Shown here in pieces: positions 54,033 to 64,000 of a stretch of 64,000 bases of DNA. Position 1 is the stretch's first letter. Each line of letters opens with the position of its first letter. Source of the stretch: an uncultured Planctomycetota bacterium. Lineage in GTDB: Bacteria; Planctomycetota; Planctomycetia; Isosphaerales; Isosphaeraceae. The position numbers and the translations under genes were made by a program. The stretch covers positions 1,440,001 through 1,504,000 of the forward strand of contig CAWGMQ010000003.1 in the NCBI GenBank assembly GCA_963823665.1, in the 5' to 3' direction. The notes under the pieces were generated by a model, which searched no databases, was not told the DNA's origin, and saw only the letters and a list, made by a program, of their open reading frames with translations.

Positions 54033-54791
54033 TCAGCTCTCCGTATGAGGCGCCGCCGTTGCCGAAGAAACGCCCGGGCGCCGGCTTGCCTGCTGCTTCG
54101 CGCAGTTCCTTGAGCGTCTCGAGCGCCTCGCGAGTGAGCACAAGGTAGCGTTGCTTCAGGATGTCGTACGTGTTGAATTCGGTCACGGGGGCGACCATCA
54201 CGCCGTCGATGTTTCGCGCACTGGCATGAATCACCAGGTCGTGGGCAGGCAGCCCGAACAGGATGGTGCGCCGATCGAGCGTCCGCCGCCTCGCCGCGGC
54301 CTTGGTTTCGCCGACCGACTCGACCTCGTCCTCCCCCAGGTCAGGCCGACTTGATGGCTCGAAGCATGCTGGCGACTTCCTTGGTCTGGGGCTTCGTCAG
54401 CTTCAGGCCGTCGAGCACGATGGCCTGACGGTCCTGAAACTTGGAAAGCAGTGCCATGCGAATGGCGGTGCGAACGGCCTTCTTGGGCATCGAGTAGCGA
54501 TAGTCCCGGTTCCGCCGCGCGAAGGCGACGCCGCCGCCCTTCGCGTTTGTTGGTGCGCTTCGGGCCCACGCGGGCGTTGCCCGTTCCCTTCTGGCGGAAG
54601 AGCTTCTTGCCCGACCCGGCCACATCAGCTCGGCCGCGCGTGTTGACCGTGCCGACACGGCGCGCCGCCAGATGCATGAGGACCACTTCGTGCAAGAGCT
54701 GCTTGTTGATCGTGCCGCCGAAATCGGCCGGGTCGATCGTTTCCTCGCCGATCGGCTCACCGGTTGCGCTGTAAACGGGTACTGTCAACAT
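54033..54791 (-). CDS. rplD: 50S ribosomal protein L4 (several indels)
   Basis: RADVAGSGKKLFRQKGTGNAR, GGGVAF, SARNIDGV. Confidence 0.92.
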
Positions 54792-54871
54792 CGTTCGATC
54801 CATTTGCGGTTCGTTCATGGGAGCACGGCAGTGACACTGGCCACGCGTGCTCGATTCGATTCAGTCCGTGA

Positions 54872-55505
54872 TTACACCTTGTTTGTCTGCCTGATCGTGA
54901 GATAGCCGCCGTTGGGGCCCGGGCACTGCCCCCTTGATCAGGAGCAGATTGTTGTCCTTGTCGACCCGGACGACCTCGAGGTTGCGCACCGTCACCTGAG
55001 CGTTGCCCATATGCCCCGGTTTCCGGATGCCCTTCTGGGTTCGTGCCGGATCGGCGCTGGGACCCGACGAGCCCGGGTGCCGGTGCATTCGCTTGACACC
55101 GTGGCTGGCCCGCAGCCCGCGGAACCCGTGCCGCTTCATCACGCCCGCAAAACCACGCCCCTTGCTGATGCCGGTCACGTCGACGCTCGAAATCGCGTTG
55201 AACAGATCGACCGTCAAGGTCTGCCCTTCGGCGATCTCGGTTGGCCCGTCCTGGCGCACTTCGCGGACAAATCGCTTCGGCTCGCCGCTCACCTTCCGTG
55301 CATGACCTCGCTCGGCCTGGTTGGCCTTCTTCCGTTTCTTGTCGTCAAACCCGAGCTGCCACGCGTGGTAACCGTCGCGGTCTTCGGTGCGAACCTGCAG
55401 CACCGTGCAAGGCCCGCATTCAAGGACCGTGACCGGCACGACCACACCGTTCTCTTGATAGATCTGGGTCATGCCGACTTTTCGCCCGAGCAACCCGACA
55501 CGCAT
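54872..55505 (-). CDS. rplC: 50S ribosomal protein L3 (indel near 3' end)
   Basis: GLLGRKVGMTQ, SKGRGFAGVMKRH, KGAVPG. Confidence 0.96.
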
Positions 55506-55800
55506 CGCCCCGACTCCCTCTGACTGACGAACGTTTGATTCCAGCGGCATGAACCGACGGTTCACCCGGCGGCGTTTTCGATGCCGTCATGCACCTGGCG
55601 TGTTTCGGTCAGGTTTCAACACAGATTGCCGCCAGGCATCACGGCAACCCGGGCATCAGAGCTATCGCACGGCGGCCGTTAAAGGTTACGCCGATTGAGG
55701 CATCCGACGCGACCGGACTTCTCACGCACGACCGTTAAGGTCATGCGCGGTCCAGGAAACCGTCAAACCTGCCCCTCGGAGACCGAGGTCTTCACCTCGA

Positions 55801-56133
55801 TCACGTTCCCGCTGGGGAAGCCTTGATCTTGATGTCCACCCCCGCGGGGAGGCTTAGCTTGTTGAGCGCGTCGATCGTCTTGTTGGTCGGTTGAACGATG
55901 TCGATCAATCGCTTATGCGTCCGGATCTCGAACTGCTCCCGCGACTTCTTGTCGATGTGCGGGCTCCGGAGCACCGTGTAGCGTTCGATGCGAGTCGGCA
56001 GCGGAATCGGCCCGTGGACAATCGCCTCCGTCCGCTTCGCGGTGTCGACGATGTCCTTGGCGGATTGATCGAGGATGGTATGGTCATACGCCTCCATCCT
56101 GATCCGGATCCGCTCGTTGCTGTTTCCCGCCAC
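55801..56133 (-). CDS. rpsJ: 30S ribosomal protein S10
   Basis: [33 protein letters not shown]. Confidence 0.98.
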   Translation of the reverse strand: MAGNSNERIRIRMEAYDHTILDQSAKDIVDTAKRTEAIVHGPIPLPTRIERYTVLRSPHIDKKSREQFEIRTHKRLIDIVQPTNKTIDALNKLSLPAGVDIKIKASPAGT

Positions 56134-56225
56134 CGTGCTGTCATCCTTCCCGGTCAAACCAAAATGATCAACGTATCAACGAGACCCTTCTCAAGCGGAC
56201 CTCGCACTTCACGTAGGAAAGTAAA

Positions 56226-56254
56226 AGTGTAGCAAGCGATAATTGAGCAGTCAA
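56226..56254 (-). promoter_or_regulatory. sigma70-like promoter of the S10 operon
   Basis: TTGACT-17 nt-TACACT in an AT-rich gap between fusA and rpsJ. Confidence 0.7.
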
Positions 56255-56291
56255 CGTAGTTCAATGAGGAATTTGTAATTGGATTGGAGGG

Positions 56292-58458
56292 CTACATCCC
56301 GGCGATGGCCTCCAGAAGACTCTCGGGTGCCGCCGCGTATTCAAGCGGCTCCATGGTATACCCCGCCCGCCCCTGGCTCAGGCTGCGAACGGCCGTCGAG
56401 TAGCCGAACATCTTCTCGAGCGGTGCCCGCGCATCGATCACCATCAGCCGTCCGCGGCTGCTGGTGCGCTCGATGAGTGCCCGCCGGCTCGACAGATCGG
56501 CCGTGATTCCGCCCAGATACTCTTCAGGAGTGACGACCTCCAGCCGCATGATCGGCTCGAGCAAGACCGACCCGGCCTCCTGCACGGCCCTTCCGCAGCG
56601 CATCCGACGCCGCAAACCGAAACGCCAGGTCGTTCGAATCGACGTCGTGAGTCGCGCCATCGACGAGCGTCACCTTGAGGTCAACCAGCGGATATCCGGT
56701 CCGCCCTCCCGACTTGGCTTCCTCGCGCAGTCCCATCTCGATCGACGGACAGAAACTCAGCCGGAATCACGCCTCCCTTGAGCTTGTTCATGAAGTGGAG
56801 CACCGGCGCTCCCTTGGGCTGCGTCTCCGGCTCGACGTCGATCGTGACCTTGGCATAAAGACCCGAGCCGCCCGTCTGGCGAATGCAAGACCCCTCCACC
56901 CGCCGCACCGCGCGTTTGATCGTTTCGCGGTAACTCACCCGCGGCCTGCCCACATGCACGTTCAGCTTGAAGTCGCGAGTCATCCGGTTCTTGAGGATCT
57001 CCAGATGCAGCTCGCCCATGCCCGAGATCAAGGTCTGCCCCGTCTCTTCATTCACCCGAAACGTGAATGTCGGGTCTTCGCGCGCGAGCGCCCCCAGCGT
57101 GTCGGCCAGCTTGCCCTTGTCGGCCGAGCTCACCGGCTCGATCGACATGCTCATGACCGTCTCGGGAAACTCGATTCGCTCGAGCAAGATCGGGATGCGC
57201 TCCGTCGCAGAGCGTGTCTCCGGTCACCGAGTCCTTGAGCCCGACAATCCCGGCGATATCCCCGGCAAGCGCCTCGGTGATCTGCTCGCGGTCATCGGCC
57301 CGGATGTGGTAAAGCCGCGAACAGTTCTCCTTCTTGTCCTTGCCGGGGTTATAAACGCGGCTGCCCGACTTGAGCCGGCCCGAGTAGACCCGCACGAACG
57401 AAAGGTCCCCGTGGGCATCGCTCGTGATCTTGAAGACCAGCCCGCAGAACGGTTCGTCCGGGCTCGGCTTGCGCGTGATCTCGGTCCCTTTCTTCGGGAT
57501 GATGGCCCATCACCGGCGGCTTGTCGAGCGGGCTCGGCAAGTACGCGGCCACCGCGTCCAGCAGCCGCTGCACGCCAACGTACCGCAGGCTCGAGCCGCA
57601 CAGCACCGGGTGCGCCTGGCCCGTCAGCGTCACCCGCCGCAGTGCCGCGGTGATCGCGCTCGCCGGCAGGTCGGCCCCTTCGAGATGGGCCATGAACGCC
57701 TCGGTGAACACCTCGTCCTTGTCGGCCAGACTGTTGAGCATCTTCTCCCGCCACAGCTCGGCGCCCGGCAAGAGGTCCTCGGGAATTTCCGTCTCGGTGA
57801 TCGTCGAGCCCATGTCTTCGGTCTTGTAGTAAAGCGCCTTCATCGCGATCAGGTCGATCAGCCCCTTGAACTCGCCCATCGTCCCTTCCGGCCCGGCCCC
57901 GATCGGGATCTGCACGGGAATCGGATGGCTGTCGACCAGACGTTCTTCGATCTCGTGGTACACTCGCTCGAACTCGCTGCCGATGCGGTCCATCTTGTTG
58001 ATGAAGCAGATCCGCGGCACACGATACTTGGCCGCCTGCCGCCACACCGTTTCGCTCTGGGCCTCGACCCCCTCGACGGCGGAGAAAACCACCACCGCGC
58101 CGTCCAGCACGCGCAGCGAACGCTCGACCTCGGCCGTGAAGTCCACGTGCCCGGGCGTATCGATGATGTTGATCAAGAGCGGACGCCCGTCGGCGTCTTT
58201 CCACGTGCACGTGATTGCCGCCGCGACAATCGTGATCCCTCGCTCGCGCTCCTCGTCGAGATAGTCGGTGGTGGTGTTCCCCTTGTCGACATCCCCCATC
58301 CGGTGGATCTCACCGGTGTAATAAAGGATGCGCTCGGTGGTCGTCGTCTTGCCCGCATCGATGTGCGCAATGATGCCGATATTGCGAATCGACCGTAAAT
58401 CGCGCTCTGACGGATCGCTACCCATGATGATGTCGTTCCTGATCAGATCCGCCGCCAA
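56292..58458 (-). CDS. fusA: elongation factor G (several indels)
   Basis: IRNIGIIAHIDAGKTT, ERERGITI, DTPGHVDF, NKMD, GMGELHL, LLEPIM, RSLSQGR. Confidence 0.95.
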
Positions 58459-58598
58459 GCGCTTTCGATGACTCGCCCAACCGCGCCGGCCGCCCGTTTG
58501 CTCTCATCTCGTGTCGTCGGTGCAAACTCTCGACAGATAGACTTTACCGCCCCACCGCCCCGGATACAGCGCGAATGCCGAAGTCCACCCCGCGGCCC

Positions 58599-58620
58599 CA
58601 ACTGACAACTGACAACTGAC
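58599..58620. repeat. heptamer tandem repeat (CAACTGA)3
   Basis: caactga caactga caactga c, just past the stop of the upstream gene. Confidence 0.8.
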
Positions 58621-58623
58621 CAA

Positions 58624-59023
58624 TCACCGATTAACCTTATTATCATCGAGCGAGCCTTGCACGCTCGTCTGTGCCAGTGGTTCCGAGTCGGAGCGTCGCC
58701 ACGAAGAAAACCGAGAGGAGTTGTCCGCGTTGCTGACGACGACGCGCGGCGACTTCGCTCTGTCCGCCGCTAACAGTGGTTGAGCGGGTTGAGCCGTCGG
58801 CCATCGTGGTTCCACCGTCCACGATCGAGGTCGTCGTGTCGCACAACGGCGATGTGCGCACGCTGCTCGGCACGGGCGCGCCGGGCGCGCAGGGGTCTGT
58901 ATTGTAGTAGTGGTAGTGCTGGTGGCATCCCGGGCCCACGAAAGCCAGTCCCGACGCCAGGAAGAGGCCGATGAGGATGTGTTCATGGCGCTGACAAAAC
59001 GCAAGGGCAGCGGGTTTTCCGCA
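58624..59023 (-). CDS. putative small lipoprotein (indels)
   Basis: Hydrophobic ILIGLFLASGLAFVGPG-C lipobox-like segment, then Ser/Thr-rich body split over two frames. Confidence 0.5.
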
Positions 59024-59445
59024 TGGCGAACGAACCTCCCGTGGCGTGGCGCGACTCAACCTTCGCGTGCTGTAACCGCCGCCGGAGGCTTGAGGCTGAG
59101 AAAAAACCAGCCGTGTGCCAGGCATTCATGCGGTACGGCGAACCTGAGCGCCTGAGATCAATCGAAAAAGTGCGTCGAGCATGACCGAAGTGTGGACGCA
59201 TAGAAGTCTCACCTGAGCCCGACAGTCCCTGTCGAAACTCAAGAGGCGGAACTTTAATCAAAATCGATAATCCAGCCAACGCCAGTTTTTGGGCAGCCCG
59301 ATGGTGCACGGTCGCACGATGAACACCCGCGCCTGACGGCGTTCCGATCTCCTCTTGAATTCGTGAGCCTCCAGAAAATGATCGTTGGTCATATCCAGTA
59401 ATCAGTTTTTCGAGAGAATCGCTCTCACTCCGCCTCTCACGTTTC

Positions 59446-61194
59446 TCAGCCACTGTCAAGGCTTTCCGTCGCGAAGTCGACGCAGCCTGCACACCGCTGG
59501 CTCGGGGGGAGTTCGTTTTGAACATTTGCCGCTTCTCCTTTGATTCCAAAGATTACGGAATCAATCCGTGCCGACTCCTCACCCAGAATCCCACCCTGCG
59601 TCGCGCCGCCGGTCAGTGCCGCGTCGACCGATGATTCCTGAGTCCCCCCTTCCACTCTCCGCGCGGCGTCCTCCGTCCTGGCTACCGGGGGGACTTTGTT
59701 TTGTACTTTCGCCCCTTCTCCTTTCCCAGCAACAATTACGGGATCACCCCCATCCGGCGTCGTGCTAAGCGAGTCGCCCTCGAATGCAGGCGCCGCATCG
59801 ACGGACTGACCCACTTCCCCGCCCCCGTCCTGAACCGCCCCAACTGCAACTTCCACGCCGGCGGGAAGCTCGCTCTCAACAGCCGTCGGCTGCGAGGGCA
59901 CAGAATCCAGTACGCCTCGAACGTGCTCTTCCGCACCAATCGCCCCGCTCGCGGCATCCGTCTGGTCCGCTGGGGCCTTGTATGGGTTGTCATACCGCGC
60001 CAGCCCTGCCTCCACATCTCCCTCGTAATCAAACGCATAGCGCACCGTCCCATGCTCGTCCAGAACGAGCCGTGGATCGGCTTCAGCCGCACGCATTCTC
60101 TCTTCTTGCCGCCGTCTCGCCTCTCTCCGCTGTTGTCGTTCGCTGCGCACAGTGCCCCACCCCTGTGCCTCATTGCGGCGAAGCTTGTGGATGGCATCGA
60201 TATGGCGATGGTGCGCCCGGTCGCAGCTCCCCCAGCGCCGATAGTACTGTTCGCCGAACTTGCTCCGGTCCTGCTTCAGGATCTCCGGTTGCAGCGCTTC
60301 GAGCTGATCGGCCACTCTCTGATGTTTGGCTTCAAGCTTCCGCAGCCGTTCCGTGGCCCTGTCGACGATCTCAAGCAGCACCGCCCGGGCCGCCGCGGCA
60401 TCCGGCGGCGTGATCGCTTCGAACTCTCGCCGCTCGACCCTCGCCTTGAACTGCTTGAACTGGTCGTCAGGAATCTCGCATCGCAACTCCTGGAACGCAT
60501 AGCGAGACTGAGGCTCGATCACGTGCGCGGCAAGAAAGATCACCGCAACCTCGTCCGAGCTAAGAGCGTCCAGCGGCTGATAACCCAGCAGCCGGATCGC
60601 CTTGAGCTTATCCGGCGATTGCCAGCCGCGTCCTCTTCGGAGCAAGCCCCCCAGCCCGCCCCACGTCTTCAGCAGCACCTGGCACCCCGGCAGCGTGGCT
60701 TCGAGCTGGGCGAGCACCCGGAACGGCCGGTCCTCGTCAACAGGTTCCCCCGACGCCGAAGTCCGCGGCTGTTTATGATCGTAGTCTCGCGACGCGTACA
60801 TCTCCGTCGGCCCCCGGCGATCAAACATCAGCCGTTGGAAGAGTGAATCAGCCTCGAGCGTCTGCTTGAGCGCCTCCGCCGCCGGCTCGGTCAGCATCCT
60901 CGCGGTCAGCCAAGCCGTCTCGGATCGCGTCGCGCGGTCAGCCATCCACCCAGCTTGCACCGCCCGCTCAACCTGCTGCTCCTCGTACCGGTTTCGTGTC
61001 CCGAGGTCCTCCTTGAGATCGTCAATCCTCGCCTGATACTCCTCCGGGTCATCCCCCGGCAAGAGCACATTCCGCGCCGAGCGGCCATGACGTACGGCGT
61101 TGTACTTTACGCGTTCCTTAGCCTCAGCCGTCCGGGGCCCCGTGCTCCCGTTAGGGTTCCGTGAACTTCGTTCGCGTTCTGCCTGAATGACCAT
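59446..61194 (-). CDS. hypothetical protein, paralog of 15857..17524
   Basis: SRNPNGSTGPRTAEAK..YNAVRHG; shared GC..L...W, KAIRL.G, AR..L blocks; AAAGGGGA RBS. Confidence 0.85.
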   Translation of the reverse strand: MVIQAERERSSRNPNGSTGPRTAEAKERVKYNAVRHGRSARNVLLPGDDPEEYQARIDDLKEDLGTRNRYEEQQVERAVQAGWMADRATRSETAWLTARMLTEPAAEALKQTLEADSLFQRLMFDRRGPTEMYASRDYDHKQPRTSASGEPVDEDRPFRVLAQLEATLPGCQVLLKTWGGLGGLLRRGRGWQSPDKLKAIRLLGYQPLDALSSDEVAVIFLAAHVIEPQSRYAFQELRCEIPDDQFKQFKARVERREFEAITPPDAAAARAVLLEIVDRATERLRKLEAKHQRVADQLEALQPEILKQDRSKFGEQYYRRWGSCDRAHHRHIDAIHKLRRNEAQGWGTVRSERQQRREARRRQEERMRAAEADPRLVLDEHGTVRYAFDYEGDVEAGLARYDNPYKAPADQTDAASGAIGAEEHVRGVLDSVPSQPTAVESELPAGVEVAVGAVQDGGGEVGQSVDAAPAFEGDSLSTTPDGGDPVIVAGKGEGAKVQNKVPPVARTEDAARRVEGGTQESSVDAALTGGATQGGILGEESARIDSVIFGIKGEAANVQNELPPSQRCAGCVDFATESLDSG

Positions 61195-61446
61195 GACATC
61201 CCCTTTGATAAAAACTTGCCCACATCGTCTTGTTCGCCCACGCCCGTTCAACGGAGCATGGCCCATTTCCCAGATGATCTACAAAACCCCCCATCCCATT
61301 TGCGCCGTAGAGCAAGTTTTTTCGAGGACTTCAGCGAGCCCGGTCCGGTTAAGCCGTTTGCAACGATCACGCCCGCTTTTCGGCCCCAGCGAATCGGCGC
61401 ACGGACCCAATCCAACTCAACCGGGGACGACTCCCGCGCGTTGGAG

Positions 61447-61702
61447 GTGGGGCCGACACTCCTGTCGGCGACGCGCCACCGTTGCCCGCCCGAACGGGGC
61501 GCCGGTAAATAGCCAGGGGCTTCGAGCCCCTGGAACACCAGAACGACATCATCGCCGTAGCGCCGACACTCCTGTCAGCCACGTCCTTGCCCGACCCAAA
61601 GGGGCCGGGCGCCGTACGGCCGACACTGCCGCCAGCCACACCCCGCCATTCCCCGCCCCAATGGGACGCAGGTCAATAGCCAAGGGCTTCCAGCCCCTGG
61701 GA
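61447..61702. repeat. mosaic of two REP-like palindrome types
   Basis: GCCGACACTCCTGTCGGC-like x3 (~61452, 61562, 61620); ATAGCCA(G/A)GGGCTTC(G/C)AGCCCCTGG x2 (~61510, 61676). Confidence 0.75.
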
Positions 61703-61732
61703 AAGCGGTCGAGACAAAGCAAACGAGAACAA

Positions 61733-61972
61733 TCGCGACGACCCGATGACCCGCCCGTCACGCAAATCGATGGCGACGAGCGCCCCACCTGATTCGACTG
61801 CCTGCCGAAATAACTCTTTGAACACCTCGAGCTTGTACCGGTCACTTGAGGGATGTTGTTCCCAGATGAGCGGATCGGAAGCCACAGCGAAAAGCTCATC
61901 AAAATCCTCCGCCCGAACCGGCCTGAGCTCAAGAAGTTCGCCTTTCAGAATAGGCGGGAGATCGAAGGGCAT
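61733..61972 (-). pseudogene. truncated duplicate of the GNAT gene
   Basis: MPFDLPPILKGELLELRP...IGSSR matches the N-terminal 80 aa of 63179..63712, then runs into REP DNA. Confidence 0.85.
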
Positions 61973-62241
61973 TGATTGCCTCCTCCGGTTCCAAGGACAC
62001 CATCCCTGGCGCAGCGCAGCCGCAATGTTGGGCGCGGGACTCTGGCCCCGCCCGCTGGCGCGACCGCAGGTCTCCGCGATGCGCGCACGGCGCAGAGATC
62101 CTACAGTGGAAGACTCCTAAATAATCGACAGAGCACCCGGATTGCGACTTTCCAGAAGCAAGCCGCGGTCGTGCGCAGTAGGCAATCCATATTCCCGCCG
62201 ATGCCCCTTCCGGCTAACATGCCGCCAGGAAGGAGCCTGCC

Positions 62242-62691
62242 ATGCAGACAATCGCCCTGTCCGAAAACGCCGTCGCCGTGCTCAGGTACCGCGTAAAAAA
62301 GTGGCCCATGAAAGTCAGGGAGCGTGATCTGCCCGCCTATCGGGAACTTGTTGACGCCGGCATCATGACTCCCGACGGTGATGACTTTCGCTTCACCGAC
62401 GAGGGCTGGGCGCACCGTGAAGAATTGCTCCACGAGGCTGCAGACCGAATCGAGCGCGAGCGATTTGAGCCTCCCGATGCGAGCAACGTGTCGGAATCCG
62501 CAAGGGATCTGCTTCGCCGGCACTTGAGGGGCGATCGGGAGGTCACGGACGGGAACCGGCCCCAATACCGCGAGCTGGTAGCGGCGCGGATCTTGATACC
62601 CATTCATTCGTTCATCGGGGGCTCGGAATCCGCCTTTCACTTCACGTACTGGGGCTGGAAACGGCGGTTTGAGTTCGCGGAAATCCGCTGA
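62242..62691 (+). CDS. hypothetical protein with an internally duplicated (winged-helix-like) domain
   Basis: Halves share (L/V)SE.A..(V/L)LR, YRELV.A.I, F.FT..GW..R; GGAAGGAG RBS. Confidence 0.75.
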   Translation: MQTIALSENAVAVLRYRVKKWPMKVRERDLPAYRELVDAGIMTPDGDDFRFTDEGWAHREELLHEAADRIERERFEPPDASNVSESARDLLRRHLRGDREVTDGNRPQYRELVAARILIPIHSFIGGSESAFHFTYWGWKRRFEFAEIR

Positions 62692-63178
62692 GCGACATGA
62701 TAGTCCATCGCATCGGCATATCGCGCCGCAGAGTCGCGCGCATGCGCCGCCGGGTCGTGCCACATTGGCCTGGCCGATGGGGGCGTGCCGATCATCGCCG
62801 CCGACCAAAACCCGGCGGCAAGACGCTGCGCCGCCGCCTTGATGCGATAGAATATGCGACGAGGGGAAACCATCAGAGAAGCGTAGCAGCGACGCCGCAG
62901 GCCGACAAGAAAAGGCATGCTTGGATCGTCCAGGCTCCAAAGGTGAACACCCTGCGCTAATCGAAGGCAGTCGGGTTGATCGAGCGAATGGTCGACGCCT
63001 GCCGCGCTTCGGATGTCCGTCGCCCGTCGCGGCGACACGATACCTCGGAGCCATGGATCGTGTTTTTCTTCCCCAAGCCGCCGTGGCGGCCCCAACCGAG
63101 CCGCAGACAATAGGCACGGGCTACCAGGCCCCGTCGGGGAAATCCCACACCCCGGCCGACAGCCCGCTCACAATCCGT

Positions 63179-63712
63179 TCATTCACTGATCAACCACTCC
63201 GGCAGTGCCCCCGCCCGAATCTCATAAACGAAACTCTCTCGCCCACTCCCGTCGACCTTCGATCCAGCCCGAACCCCGCCGATTCTCTCCATCGCCCGCT
63301 GAGAGCGCAGATTATGTGGACCGATAAGAAAAATGACGCGGTCCACGAACCGGAAGGCGTGCTGAATCATGAGCCGTTTCATTTCCCTGTTGTAGACGCC
63401 GCCCCAATGCGACCTCGCCAAAAACGTCCAGCCGATCTCGATCTCGCCCTGCGTTTCGTCGTACCCCTTGAATCGCGACGACCCGATGATCCGGCCGTCG
63501 CGCAAGTCAATGACGACGAACGCCCCACCAGATTCCATTGCCAGACGAAAAAACTCCTTGAACACTTCAGGCTTGTATCGGTCGTTCGAAGGATGTTGTT
63601 CCCAGATGAGCGGGTCTGAAGCGACAGCGAAAAGCTCCAGAAAATCCTCCGCCCGAAGCGGCCTGAGCTCGAGACGTTCGCCTTTCAAGGTAGGCTGGAG
63701 ATCGAAGAGCAT
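63179..63712 (-). CDS. RimJ/RimL-type GNAT N-acetyltransferase
   Basis: LELRPL, EIGWTFLARSHWGG, NLRSQRAMERIG. Confidence 0.92.
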   Translation of the reverse strand: MLFDLQPTLKGERLELRPLRAEDFLELFAVASDPLIWEQHPSNDRYKPEVFKEFFRLAMESGGAFVVIDLRDGRIIGSSRFKGYDETQGEIEIGWTFLARSHWGGVYNREMKRLMIQHAFRFVDRVIFLIGPHNLRSQRAMERIGGVRAGSKVDGSGRESFVYEIRAGALPEWLISE

Positions 63713-63844
63713 CGATTCGTTCCTCGAGTCTGGTTGTCCGGTTTCGGGATTCGATTTGCTGCGCGCCCCTTCAATCTTGACGCATTTCGTCGCGCGGCGG
63801 GTGCGTTCGTCGTAACAAGCGAGAACGAGCTTCGGCTCCGATAA

Positions 63845-64000
63845 TCACCGCGTCAAGCGCACAGCAACCTTTTTGCGCTCCGCGTCGATTGAACTGATCC
63901 TCACGGCACACTTGTCGCAGCTCTTGAATCGCCCGGCCTCCAGTCCACAGAGCATGACCGGCGCGCTGGTGCTCGTCGCCTTTATCGTGCGCTCGCGGAC
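63845..64000 (-). CDS. 3' end of a gene, possibly ending in an S1-like strand
   Basis: Open to window edge: ...VRISSIDAERKKVAVRLTR*. Confidence 0.35.
   Translation of the reverse strand, partial: VRERTIKATSTSAPVMLCGLEAGRFKSCDKCAVRISSIDAERKKVAVRLTR

Noticed and set aside
48551..58458. Frameshifts in rplE, rplX, rplB, rplW, rplD, rplC and fusA as pseudogenes or programmed frameshifting
   Set aside because: These are essential genes with intact motifs on both sides of each break, and similar indels occur across the window; sequencing error is far more likely
1..64000. tRNA, rRNA, integrase or IS transposase genes
   Set aside because: None recognised by eye; a tRNAscan/Rfam/ISEScan run would be needed to exclude them formally

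Overview
GC-rich bacterial window, most consistent with a planctomycete of the Isosphaeraceae (Singulisphaera/Aquisphaera-like). This rests on planctomycete LExLExR-type N-terminal motifs, PEP-CTERM, BlaI/M56-WD40 and DUF6797-type cytochrome genes, and the ribosomal gene order; it is inference, not a database match. The sequence has many single-base indels, even in essential genes (rplE, rplX, rplB, rplW, rplD, rplC, fusA), so most frameshifts are probably long-read assembly errors. 1-18 kb is accessory DNA: a TPR-sulfotransferase / giant dockerin-zincin exoprotein / PEP-CTERM cluster, gene remnants, an esterase, an orphan HicB, BlaI with a decayed M56 gene, and a REP-flanked hypothetical protein. 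18-39 kb holds a fused NHLP-type double ABC exporter plus housekeeping and catabolic genes. 39-58.5 kb is the fusA-S10-spc-alpha ribosomal superoperon (minus strand). 58.5-64 kb is accessory DNA with a second paralog of the REP-associated protein and a duplicated GNAT. Two candidates stand out as undescribed systems: (i) a probably translationally coupled dockerin exoprotein plus cohesin-like PEP-CTERM anchor with a TPR-sulfotransferase; (ii) a REP-associated paralog family whose genes end in short A-rich DNA repeats.
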